Made by a program: the position numbers and the translations under genes. Positions 25,812 through 38,345 of a DNA stretch of 64,000 bases are shown piece after piece (position 1 is the first letter of the stretch; every line of letters starts with the position of its first letter). The notes under the pieces are model-generated. The model did not search any database. It saw only the letters and a program-made list of their open reading frames with translations, and was not told the DNA's origin. Source of the DNA: Phoronis australis (Eukaryota; Animalia; Phoronida); assembly GCA_002633005.1 (NCBI GenBank), contig NMRA01000031.1, positions 657,185 to 721,184 of the forward strand, read 5' to 3'.

Positions 25812-26656
25812 CCTAAATCCGCCTATGTAATAAAACGAATCTTGACCTTAGTGCCAGCGCAGAGGAATAGGTACGAGCTAAGCTGCCTGTCTCAAGTGAA
25901 TCATAGCTGAGCTGACCAGTGGCTATCTCAAGTTCATGGAATCCACTGTCGGATCCCAGCTACCCGTCAGTGTTCCGGCCCTAAATCCATTCTTACTCTC
26001 CGTGAAACTTTGTTCGTTCACGGTTACTCAAATCCTGATGGCTGCATCTCGGGTATTACCCCTGAACCGGGGGAGGGGGGATAGGAAGGAGATGGGTACA
26101 AATTGGTTTGCCCCCCCCCCGGATCGGCCTTGCCTTCCTACGGGCCTGTAGAGTGTGGATGCGATCGCAGTCGCAGCCAGTGCGGCCCTGTACAGTATCA
26201 GTCACCAGGGTGCGAGCCCGTCTCGTCCACAAGTCGGCCCAACCTAGAAACTGTCAAACGACATGTTGTGGAAATCGACGACATTTTGCGAGTCCGAGTT
26301 CAGCATGTAGACAAGTTACGAGAAAGGGAGGCTGAAAAAATGAAGTCCAGAGTCCATCAAAAGCAGAAATCGTTACTTGCCATTGTTTTTGATGCTCGAT
26401 AATTCCGACAAGATTATATCACGCCTTTTTCGTCTGAAAATACCGCAACTCAGTACAAGGTCAGACAATCTGAAGTATATAACGTCATTTTGATACATCC
26501 TTATCTGTTACGTGTACCTCATTCTGTTTAGTCAGCATGGGATCACCCAGTCCATTAGCCAGATTGCTTTAAGGAGTAGGCCATGTTTGACCCTCCGAAG
26601 CCGCACTCAGTATCAGGTAACTTTAATGTTCCCTTTTTTCTATGAGGGAGTAGGTC

Positions 26657-26810
26657 GGCCTCCCGTTCAGTAACGCTAGGACCTCGCTAAAAAGCAAGAC
26701 TTCGCGAGATAACGTGAGATGTTGCCGTGCATTTTAAATGAGAACACGTGACTTTGACTAGGTTTTAGCTAGGTCCTAGCGTAGGTCCTAGCGTCTACTG
26801 AACGCACGCC
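26657..26810 (+). mobile_element. MITE family A, copy 1
   Basis: TIR-like ends CGTTCAGTAACGCTAGGACCT / AGGTCCTAGCGTCTACTGAACG; nearly identical to 40903-41056. Confidence 0.85.
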
Positions 26811-27119
26811 TGGTGTAAACGAGTTACTGACAGGAATTCCCTTTGCAAGACAATTGTAATGAGGCATGATGAGTAACCAGCACGATGAACACGAATGCAA
26901 ACCTATCATTTACTACAACAGTTCAACATTGTCTAGGCCGGATCAGTCACATTCAGTGACAGCCACAGTTGTCCTGTATTTGTATAGAAAGTTCTTGCGG
27001 TTACTTGACCAGTATTAGCGTGACTTCGAGTGGTCTCATCGAAATCGCATCTCGGGCCTAATGCATTGAAAATCTGTTGTGGCTTCAGTCGATTTTGCTG
27101 ACAACGAATGGGACAGTGT

Positions 27120-28110
27120 TAGGTGGTTGTGATTGAAAGCATTGCAAGTTCACCAAGTCAACTGGTGAAAGGCATTTCATTGGTTGGAGATCACGAATTC
27201 GGCCCACAAACAAATCGAAAGTCAGTGCCAGTTGTCCCGGATGGCATAACGAGGTTATCATTTTCAATCAATGCAATAGTCTCCACTGGAGCCCGATGTG
27301 AGAGTGATGTCTATGACCAGTACATTTTCTATTCAGCAAAATTGCAAGACTGGGGTCATTGTAAATAGTTTTTATAAATTTGAACAACTACATTTTTGCT
27401 GAAAAATGTCATTTCGTTTCAACTAATAGCCGTTGTACATGACGTCATTGTTCTATTTTTATGAGCCGATATTGGATTTTTCTTAGCAAAATCCTACAAA
27501 CATTGAGACTATAATGACCACAAAAATTATCAATTGATTTTTAAATGCGCGTTTTTTTGCACCATTGTGTCTTCAGCTTTGCGGTCAAGTGGGGGGTTTG
27601 CTGCAAAGGCATAGCGACTTGTCAGCAGCATTCATTATTCATCACGGTTCTACCACAATGCGACAAAATATTTCGCAAATTTCCCTGTTGGTGAGAATGA
27701 ACCCAGGAGGGAGCCAGTCATTCATTATGCGCATGCGTTGTTGAAGAACAGAAGAGCTAACAGTTTAGACGTCTCAATGAGTTCTCAAATGAATTGCGAA
27801 GTTCTAATGTCCAATCAAGGTGACAAAACTGAAAATAAAATATGATCGTGTTGAAGTACAGGTTATTCAATGTCCCTTAAAATAGCCATGCCTTTGTTCC
27901 AATTGGTTCAACTTTTGGTGCTCGCTTGGTAAGCAAAAGCATACACAGCAGACGATATTGCATGGATCAGGGTCGGAGTATAGTGCTCAATCCAAATTGA
28001 AACAACATTTCCTTCTTATTCAATGTCATAAGAAACAATTAAAAACTAGTTTACTGATCCTCACAAAATGTCTTAAACCATTCCATACCATGGTAGAAAA
28101 TAATTTACAG
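27120..28110 (-). pseudogene. Possible highly decayed pogo/Tigger-like transposase
   Basis: Ordered minus-strand fragments GMEWFKTFCEDQ (about 28055-28090), FNLD*ALYSDPDPCNIV (about 27950-28002) and ENVLVID..SH..LVMPSGTTG (about 27225-27330) resemble pogo HTH and DDE_1 motifs. Confidence 0.35.
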
Positions 28111-29034
28111 CAGCAGAAAAATTATTTGAGGCGCCAGCGGTGTCAAAAGCTGTTTGTATTTACCAACCTTCCAAAATTGGGGCGGTTCATTTATAGTTAG
28201 AAATCTTTCAATTGGCTTTGATAGCATGCACCAGTCAGGGATACTGTGGCAAATATTTCAGACAATTGTTTATAAATTCATCAGCCTACTATTACCCTGC
28301 TTGAGCCGTACATATTAAGTACAAGTCCCATAAACAAAGATTTCTTGCTGCAAGTACATGTATGTCGCAAGGGTCTTGCAGTTACGGAATGAGCCTCACA
28401 CTCCGTTACATACTGTGTGGCGTAAAAAGATCATGTTCTTGAATGGCGCATCCGGGTACTCCCGGATAACCGACCGGTTAACTAAAGTTGACACCTAAGT
28501 CCTTGTAACACTGAAGATAAGACTAGTTTACGACAGAGTTGTGACTGAAATTTTTAGGAAATGCGATATGTCGCATGATTTGTCGTGCAACTGCACATGC
28601 CACCAGACGACTGGTAGCACTACAAGTGGTACAATTTTATGATCACTCTTGCGACGTTCCAAGATCATCTTTCCCGACAAGTGGCACGACCTTACGATTG
28701 GTCGTGCTAGCAGGTCTGAAAGACATAAACATCTGGTCCAGCTTATGAGACGAGAATTCTTGGGATTTCTTTTTCAGTGCACCCTGTAGTTTGACGACTC
28801 TTGCCTTTTTTCATAGGTACAGGTCCTCTGTCTCCTATAGATGAGGACCGATTCCGAGGTTGATATCCTGTCACTGAACCGAGGGAGAGCAATATTACCC
28901 GAGGGATTGACCTATATTTGTTTTATTTCACGACCACTGGTGCTTCTTAACTCTGATGTTTTCTTCTGATTAATTAGCGTGTTCTTATCCACTTTGATGT
29001 ATTGACAACGTCCAGTTACCAGAGGACGAGACCG

Positions 29035-29176
29035 GGCGTGCGTTCAGTAACGCTAGGACCTAGCTAAAATCTAGCCAAAGCCACGTGTTCTCATTTAAAG
29101 TACACGGCAATGTCTCACGTAATGTCGCGAAGTCTTGCGTTTTAGCGAGGTCCTAGCGTTACTGAACGAGAGTCGG
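29035..29176 (-). mobile_element. MITE family A, copy 2 (inverted)
   Basis: Reverse complement of copies 1 and 3, lacking one TAGGTCCTAGCG unit. Confidence 0.85.
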
Positions 29177-30559
29177 TTCGACCGAACCCCCGAACCCCCC
29201 CCCCCCTGGCTACGAGCCTGAAGCTAGTGTTGTTATACGAAGTAAATGCTGACATCGCCAGTTCGCTTCATGACCAATGTTTGTGGTTTATACAGCGTCT
29301 GATTGGTCAGATGGCGAATAAGCGATCCCCTGCCAGGTTGGTCAATATCACGAAAGTTTTCGTCTCACGTTTCAGCTAATAGAACACAGAAGCATTTTCA
29401 CGGTGTAATAATATACGACACCTCACAAGCAAGTGACTCACTGCCCGGAGCCCAAAAATACTACTCAAAAAAGTAGAGCTAATTAAAACCTTCTGTTTTA
29501 GCCCATGAATTTGAAGAAATTGAACAGAAGGTGAACACAATGGTGTTCAGTGGGAATTTCTTGATAATTTTGATGTATCTATGTTGACTTCTTTTCCAAA
29601 TATAGTCGCCTGGACTTACTTTCGGAGTCTCAGTTAAAATTCCTACGGTTTGCAGGGTTTCCCTAACGGATAGTGTCAGCGAGCGTCAAACAAAGCCATG
29701 ATTTTAGCAAGACATTATTTCAGCATTTTGTTGCTTGTCAACAAATTAAATTAGCTAATGGTGTCATTGGTACCATAAACGCTCTGAACTACACATCACT
29801 GGTCCTCATTGTAATTGTCCACACATTTCTCGTTTATAGCTCCCTGTACACCCAGACTTATATTTAGGATACCAGAGAGGTAAAATATGCCATTTTCCAT
29901 ATATAGGCCCTGTGGCTTACTTTGAGAAATTCCCGGTACGAGTGGTCTACTGAAAGTACTCTTAAACAGTCCTTTTAAAGGGGCATGGCTTTTTTGGTCA
30001 CTACTCGTAATCAATATTATGAAACAGGTTACCCGAAGACACATACAATGTACACAAACGCGCACGCACGCACACTCGAGCCTTCCCGTCACAAAAAAAC
30101 GTTTTGGATCCCCAAAGACATGTAAGACGAGCATCAAACAGAATTTGACGTGGTTGGTCAATCTGTCCAAACTGGACCGTTACATGACAATGGCAGGTGA
30201 CTACTTAATTTATTTTGACAGTGGTGACACACAGGCACACAGATACAAAAATGTGATTCTTGGAAATTAGGAGCAAAAACAGCTGTTGACTTTTTTAAGT
30301 ATTTCATATGGTAGCACAATCAATTGCACGACTGGTCGTTGATTACCTCTGTAATTCGTATGAGTGGTCGATGATTACCTTGATCAGTCGCACAACCAGT
30401 TGCTGGTCATTGAATGTGGTCGCACGACCAATAATGATCGCCTGCAACTTACCTGCGATCGATCGTGCAGCCTGTCGCACGATTACCGACCACCAATATT
30501 TACGCACGAACACTTGAAAATGAATTAAAATTCATGGACAATGTACATGCGACTACCAG

Positions 30560-30820
30560 GGATCCGTTTCATAAGAATTACTTAAGACTTAAAACAGAAT
30601 TTTGGTCCACCACTTCTGCCACTTCATAATTGCTGAAAAGGCTTAAGTCAAGTAATTAGGAAAGAACACAGTCTAAAAATGTTATCTCAGTAGAAATTAT
30701 GTATCTCAGAGACTTTGGACGTTTGCATAAGTTAGACTTGATTATTTTTTAAAATAATTGTGTGGAGGGTGAGGCCAAATTTTTTACTTCGGTCTTAAAA
30801 ACTTTTCATGAGACGTATCT
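30560..30820. mobile_element. Old MITE; related fragments at about 54660-54990
   Basis: GGATCCGTTTCATAAGA..TTAAGAC at the left, GTCTTAA..TTTCATGAGACGTATC at the right; CTGCCACTTCA shared with about 54715. Confidence 0.45.
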
Positions 30821-33354
30821 ATAGCAAAATGATCACCAAACTATACGCAGACCCTGAAATTACTCAGTGACTTTTACTCTAAATTGTACTCACTCAAGTA
30901 ATGCTTGAAAAATGACGAAGACCACTTAAGTCCCTTCAAAGGGTACTAAGACTCGAGAACTGCTCTCGAGTTGCTATGGAAGTCTTTTGTGTGATAAAAC
31001 AAGAAAATTTTAATCACACTTTGAAACCTAGCGACCTCTACAGCTCAGTAAACGAATCTGATGTAAAGGAGGCGTGAAACAAGTCATTCGGATTCTTCGA
31101 TTGAAAAGAGTAGAAGTATATTTATTTCACGCTGATTAAAGTTTTAGTAAATATACTTGAAGTGTATAATAAGGTATCAAATTAAATTGTGAATTTAAGG
31201 CTTCAAATGTATTGCAACATATAATGAGTACCTGTGAGTGACTATCAAATAATATTTTTCAGGAATTCTAGGAGCAGTCTTAGAATTTCCATGTAATTTT
31301 CCCAAACGTGATCTAGATATTCTTAAAAATTATTGGTGGTCACACTGTTTATACCACAGCCCTAAAAAAATCATCGCCTTTTAGCCTGATTCACTCCTTT
31401 GTATACATTCACAAGGGACAAATAAATTTTGTGCAATGCTCGACTGTCTGCCAATAAACCAGTATTTGAACCCGGGTCTCCCAAACGGGAGTCCCGAGCT
31501 CGAGCCACGCTTTCTCGAGTACTACTCAGGAATACTGTGAATTACTCAAGCCTTTTGGTTGGCTACGTTTTGGTGGTCCCCAAAACATCAGAAATTTTTC
31601 AGTCTATTTACATTTTGAAATTTCCGAGAAGTGAAAATGGCTAAGTAAAGTTTGGTTGAAGCGGGCCCATGTCGTGGACCCATCGTGCAATCAAATAATG
31701 ACGAGGCTGTAGAGGCTAGTTGTTATCGAATGTCACGATGCAACTGACGTTAAGTGTGGAATTTCGTCTTTTCAGACTTAACGCCCGCCTTCACGAGCCA
31801 ACTTAATCAACTGCGCTCAAGGTAAAATCGACCGTCTTAGCTTGGACCGCATTTACGCCCTTTGATAAAACTGGCCAAAGATACGTGCAGGTAAGACAAA
31901 GCATGGCAGCTTCTTTCTTTCTCTCTTTCCCCTCTCCAAATCCCTCTATTGCTCTCTCCCTCTGTCATTTTCATGCCGTAATTGGTTTCTATATTAAATC
32001 TGCTTTTAAACTCTACAAACACAGGGAGAACTCCTGTGACAGGACCTAGAACATAGCGCACTTGAGCCCTGGACCTAATGCCGGAACTCTCAGTATTTAG
32101 CTGCCAGAGATCTAATACTGCGCTATGCCTTAACATTTCTCACACATCTGAGTAACCAGAACATTTGTAAGACCTTCGTTTGGCCTGTTTCTTAGCACGG
32201 ATATTGTGTGACGCTGTCAAGTTTGATTATGATGTTAAAAGTTCCTAGTCCGATTGGCAAGTTTTCATTTCCTTGGGAACGTGAATTTCCCCCGTAACAC
32301 AGAATTGCAACCTCGACTACCAATCAATTCATTTACGGTTATTTCGTTAGTCTACAGTAGTAAGGTCTCGGGCTTACTCGTGAAACACTCTCCATTCACT
32401 CGCGCGATCTTGCGTGTCTTGCTTGATCTCACGGCTATTCATTTTAAGAGTTTCACCACTTTGCAATAGTTGCTACGTAGGTTTTTAATTGCGTAAAAAT
32501 TCTTTTTCTCGTGCCTGTAAACGTTTGTTAATTGCTGACTCACTGAAGCGAAAACAATGTTAATCGGAACTAGTAACAGTAAAACCTGAGGAACGTGTAA
32601 CAGGAAAATTTATAGTGAGGCACCATAATACCATAATTTGCCTTTATGTCTTGCCGAGTGTAATCAAAACGCAAGCAAATTCATGTCGTTTAGAATGAAT
32701 GATTCCTTTCGGCCAGCGTTCTTAAATTCTTATAAATCAAGTCTGTTTTCCTTACCATTGGCTAAAAGATGTGTTTGGACGGTTTGCAATGTGGAATATG
32801 AAACATAATTCATTAACTATAAGTAGCATGAAAACTGATTGGTTGATCTATACATTTTACAAATTAAATTATGACGAAATCGCATTTCACCAATTGCTTC
32901 TTTGATCACCAAACCAGACTCGTAGAGAGTATAGAATGAGGGTAAATTAGTTTCCAAGTATTGTACTCCGACGGGCGATTGCCTCTTTGAACGCCGGTGA
33001 CAGGATCAATTAAGTTTTATTGTACTACAAATGTGTACGAGCGTATGATTAAAAACGGGTTACAACATCAAAATCAATAGGCGTGTATATAACTACCTAT
33101 CGCGGATATTGTGAAAAATACAAAATTTAACGATTCTACAATCACAATCATAATATTTAGGCCGACTTTTCGCTAATGTTTAAGCAGTACGTGTTAACCC
33201 AGAAAGCGAAAAGTTTTGATTCTACGCCATCTATGCAGATGAAATGTTTGCTTTCTGAATTCATGAGAAGGGACGACAAATAGCTACTGTATCAAAGGCA
33301 GATAACAAGTACAAAAGAGTCCTACTTTCTGTGTCCATTTGGGTGCGCTAATAA

Positions 33355-34843
33355 AGGAGAAAGCAACCTGTTTCTTGTCATTTTAGTAAATAATACTGTT
33401 CGTTGATTATCACAGACATATTTTTCAGTTAATCACGGTTTCCCGTAGTTTAATTAATTAGTCATTCCCCACCCCGGAAATGACGTTTAGGGGGCTTAGA
33501 ATTTTCTGCCATTTTGTTTCTGCATTCGAGTTTACCGTGAGGATCTGTTTTACTGTCGTCTTGGAGAAAAACTTGATTTTACCGAAGTCCATCGGTGTTT
33601 TCACCTACTGAAATGTGTTTCCAGTGACGAGCATGTCACTGGATATGGTAAAGTGGACCGCGAGCATCCCACGGACGGAGAAACAACTGTCCCGCTTGAA
33701 CGAGTGTCCCGCGACGCACTCCCACTGCATAGTGACCTAAGCACCCAAACAGCTTACATCCAGCAGTGTGACTCCCTTGCCACACGCCTGGCAACTCCTA
33801 AATAGCTCCAATGCTTTAGGCAAGTCCTCAATAAACTCACCAAAGTTTGGCTCACCGGCCTGTTCAATGGACAAGGAACGTCCTCCTCATTGGGTGACGA
33901 ACTGGGCCTGTATTCACTTCCACCGCTCAACATCGCTGCAGGGTTTCTTACAGGCTCTGGGCTGAAGACAACGTCAGAACCGGGCGAATCGCTGCTAGTT
34001 CCTGAATTTGGACGCTCTGGGGTTACTTTCAGAGGCACTGGTGACAGTATAGTCTAGGTGCAAAACTGTATACTAAATATACAGCTTTGAGCCGAAGTGG
34101 GTAAAACACTGATCAGATAAGACCTGACACAAAATTTGTATCAACAAAAACTACACTCTTCCTTGAGTAAACTAAATTATTTACCGGGGATGGAAAAATT
34201 GGCGGTCTACCGTTATTCTGCTGATAAAACTGTGGTGCGATTTTTTGCGTCGGCTTTCGGCGCCATGAAATAATACGTCACCTATTGGCCAGTTTCTTTT
34301 TCCCTGATTCCTCAATCAACTGTTCTTCTCTTCCACGAGGTTGCTTACACTCATGTCAACAAATTATCGTAACTGGTTTCAAGTTCATTTCGTTACAAGT
34401 TTTTAGTATCTTAATACGAGCAAACCAAATTTCAGAACAATTTTTGCTGCTACGAAGCTGTCATCATCTCCCGAGAGATGTCGCAAAAGTTTAGGAAATG
34501 TCGCGTGCGCGTGTCACAAGCGCACTGTTTTCAAAATGACGACAGAATTTTCTTTGTTACAGAACGCGGAAAATTATGCAACAAAACTACATTTATTAGA
34601 TTGTTTTTAACGTAAACGGCTGCAACGGGCAAGGTCAGAGTCGGTTGACACTCAGATTTTGCATGCACCGCCGCCGGTCGTTAGCTCTAGAATTTGATAT
34701 AAATTTCACACTGACATGACAAACAGAAATACACGGGCTGTGTGAAATTTCGAGGTTTAACGGGGCTCAACACTCAGTGATACCTAGCTGTAATTTGACG
34801 ATAGTTTTCGAACCGTATTTTTACTAAAAGTTTGTTTTCTCCT
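33355..34843 (-). mobile_element. Internally deleted Kolobok-type DNA transposon
   Basis: TIRs AGGAGAAAGCAA / TTGTTTTCTCCT, flanked by ATAA (33351-33354) and TTAA (34844-34847). TTAA TSD with AGG..CCT termini fits Kolobok. Carries a transposase remnant. Confidence 0.75.
33598..34038 (-). pseudogene. Kolobok-like transposase remnant (Ser/Pro-rich linker plus CxxC...CxxGH region upstream of the DDE core)
   Basis: Manual translation: PKALELFRSCQACGKGVTLLDVSCLGA*VTMQWECVAGHSFKRDSCFSVRGMLAVHFTISSDMLVTGNTFQ*VK. Matches the LxxLFxxCxxC..G....CxxGH..S.......GN pattern I recall for Kolobok transposases. Has stops and a frameshift. Confidence 0.65.
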
Positions 34844-36567
34844 TTAATTACGGATTCACGGACATGCAATTTAATTAGTCAACAGCAAACTCCACTGGTG
34901 GTAGTTTAGTGGACTTGGTTTCATTGAAATGGGACAGGCACGGTATTTACGTATGTTCGAAGATTCAGTATGATCAGTAGGGTACGCAGAGTCTGTCCAA
35001 TAGATACACCATATACGTTTTTGAGGTTATTGGTACCTTTTCCGAACACCATCTTGTTATTGACCAGACGTCCCGTTGGTCTCTAGTCAACACTCATTGG
35101 TATGAAGGCCAGTATGGTCCGAATGATATGCGACTAGCCAAGGCACTATAGTTGAACTTTTGCAAGGATGATGTAACCGGTGCAGACCAAAACTATGTTT
35201 TATCGACACGTTCGTTGGAGGACAAAACTTTATTAAAAGACAAAATGTTTTCTTAAAGCTGGATTTCGCCCTGTTTACGGGACGACTCAAAATGCAAAAT
35301 ATTCGAATTTGGCATTTTACATGAAATTGGCATTGTAGGTATAAGGTTCTATTTCAGTTGCCAACAAGAACATCGAAACCATTAGCAACCATCCATAAAT
35401 CTGCGAATTCAAGAATGACGCATGCACGCACGCAATGCCTGTGAGTTGAGTTGATAACGGAAATGGAACCCTGTTATAGTTAAGAATACTATGAGACCGA
35501 TTCTACGAGAACATAACGCCGAATTTGATTTTCGTTTTTAAGCCAGCTAAACGTCGCTAAATGCAGCTTGAAATACTAATTTACGGTCGGAAACAGAGTG
35601 ATCAACTTCCGTGTGCTCGGCATCGGCAAAAAATGAGAGATACAGATTTGCCGTCGAATGTGCAATGGTGAGCAAATTGTAATTTCCATTGTTCATCAAC
35701 GTGCTCTTATAGTAGTCTATTGTAAGATACACTGTAGTAAAGTAATAAATATACTACAGGAACGCAGTCAGTGTTGTTCGTGCTCCGTGATTAGGTGTTT
35801 TCTTTTCCGTTGGCGGAAGAAAGAGCTGTTTGGAGTTTTTGATGTTTACACAAACAATAACATTGACCCGAGAGGTACTTCAATGGCCGTTGCAGTGCTT
35901 GAATGTATCGCCTGTCGGACGCGCCGGTCAGATGACCGACCAGATTCCTTACCAAAGCGCGCACTTGAAGGTTCAGGAAATTTACAAGAAAATCTATTTT
36001 TTTGGATTACGTAATTTTTATAGCGTTAGAGACTCTGTTTAACGTTTTTCTGTTAAATTTGAATTCAAGTGCCAATTTAATTAAACTAAGATCGATTTCA
36101 GCAATAGCAGAGGGTGACGTCTATTGATAGGTGACGACACAACTACTCATGTTGAATGAAAGCGAGAGCAGTAAATGAGTTTGGTGAAGAGTTCATTGTT
36201 CTTAAATTATGGAGTGTGGCGACCTCTGCAGGGAAGACTTGGTGTTTGGCTCTGCCTTAAGTCTGCTCGTTTTCAATTGCGCTGGGAGCTTTTTGTCATA
36301 ACCGAGACTCACTGAGTTTCTTTGGAAGGGAGACAGTGACAACGAGAATCCAAACTTACATCTAAATCTCACATAGTTTTGGGATTTTCGAAAGAGAAAC
36401 ATTTGGTTCCCGAAACGATTTTCCTCCAAAAGGAGCCCATGGAGTTCTTTCAAAAAAGGGACTGGGCTTTTGTTTTAGAATCTTGTATTCCAACAGGTTC
36501 ACTTGTCCCTAAGAAATTGTTAGCAGAATGCGTAAACACATACAGAACGAAAATTTCATATTTTTAT

Positions 36568-36797
36568 GAGGAGAGAGAGAGAGGGGAAGACGAAGAGAGA
36601 GAGGGGGGGGGGTGATTGAGAGAGGGAGGGAGAGGGAGAGGGAGAAAAGAGAGAGAGGAGGAGGGAGAGAGGTAGAGAGGGTGAGAGAAGGAGGAGAAGG
36701 GTGGAAGGGGGAGAGAGAGGTACCGAGGGAGGGAGAGAGCAGGGAAAGAGGGAGAGAAAATGGATGGGAGACAGGGAGCGGGGACAGAGAAAGAGAA
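36568..36797 (+). repeat. GA-rich polypurine low-complexity tract
   Basis: About 230 bp almost entirely G/A, next to the LINE 3' end. Confidence 0.95.
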
Positions 36798-36826
36798 AAC
36801 ATTTACACTGAAATGGAACACAAAAC

Positions 36827-38345
36827 TTAATAAATTTCGGGTTAGATTAGGAGACCTAAGGGTTTTTGACTGCTGCCAAGAAGGACTCCTTTACAAAAAT
36901 AAATGATGAAAAGAAGAAAAAAAAATATGAGATATACTTAGAAAAGCATAATGAAGAAGTGGTATCGTCTAATAAATTAGAACCAGGACCAGAAAGTGGA
37001 TTGAAACAGTTCTCGTGGGAAGATAGATGTTTTGAGATTCTACATACAAAGCAACTGGCAATATGACACATTGGGTCGTAGATCGTTATTAAGAAATTGG
37101 TTAAAACCTGCATAATGCCTCCAGGCAATGGGGGTTTATTCTATTTAGAGCAGAGTTTGGTATTTTGTTACCGTTGATAAGACTCGCAAATCTGATACAG
37201 TTTCTTGATGTCAATTTAATGGATTGGAGAATTTACATTGTATTGCTGAAATACTGACAGAGTACTGATTCAAATACGTGGGAGTTCTAATTGTGTCTGG
37301 TTGGTTTATAATGGATCGATGTAATACAGAAGTTGATTGTGTAAAAGTATTTACGTTGCTGGTTATTGAAGAATTTGCAGTAAAATTTTGCAGTTGAGAT
37401 TTTAATAATGTCTTGGAGTAAATTGGGGTGGAATTCCCAAAATTTGGGTAGAGTGTGAGCATTAAAACAGTTTGTTTGACATTTGGTTAATGTGATGGGT
37501 ACCATGAGAGCTTTTTGCCAACCCTTATACCAAGGAAAGGGAAATCGTTCACGTGTTTGATTGCTTTGTTATTTACAGAAATGATAGGAGTAATGCACTT
37601 GTTAATTTTCTTTGGGAGTTCTGGAAATCGTTTGTTTACTTTGTGATGTGTTATTCAGAGTTTGTTTAAGGAAAACTAGACTGGAATAGATTCGAGATTA
37701 TTGTTGACGGAAGCTGATTGCTGTAAAGTGTGATTGGGAGATTCGGTGAGTGTGTAATGGCGAGATAAGTGTCATCTACATGGAGAAATAAGGCCATGGG
37801 AGAAGAATGTGGGAGATCATTTGTATAAATTAAGAAGAGAACTCGGCCAGGTATAGGGCCACGAGGAACTAGTGTATGTGGTGTCCTTCAGGGAAATATA
37901 TTGGGTACGCTTTGAAAAATAGCTATTGAATTGCATATTCAACTCCAGTAGTACCGTAGTGATTCATCCTATGTAGGAGAAGTTGGTGGTCTATTGTGTC
38001 GAAATCGTTTGAAAGATCGAAAAATGACTTAAGTGATTAATGTCGCTGTCAAGATGGAAACAAATGCGGTCCAGAAGACCAAGTTCTATGGAACGAAATT
38101 TTCTGGAGCTATATAAATATTTATGAAAAAAAAATTGATTTAAAAAATTTGAAAGTTGTTTGTGCATATTTTGATAATTTTGGAAAAATTAGGAAGTATA
38201 AACATTTGTCTGCAATTGCTAAAGCTCTCTGGATACCAACAGGGATTTTTTACTTGCGTTCTTGAGAGCATATGGAAAAATGCCGGGAATATAACAGGCA
38301 GTTGATTCTGACTAGCAAGGCGGTGGATATCGAAGACGATGAAAG
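36827..38345 (-). mobile_element. Decayed 5'-truncated LINE of the CR1/L2 group (RT domain plus 3' UTR)
   Basis: Minus-strand remnants in correct order: GIFPYALK..SNCRQMFILPNFSKII (about 38165-38290), FFDLSNDFDTIDHQLLLHRMNHYG (about 37955-38024), VPRGPIPGRVLFLIYTNDLP (about 37810-37870), VDDT (about 37770), FLGIRVGKKLSW (about 37505-37540). Many frameshifts. Confidence 0.85.

Noticed and set aside
36379-36830. Glu/Arg/Gly-rich and Ser/Leu/Pro-rich ORFs
   Set aside because: Translations of the GA tract.
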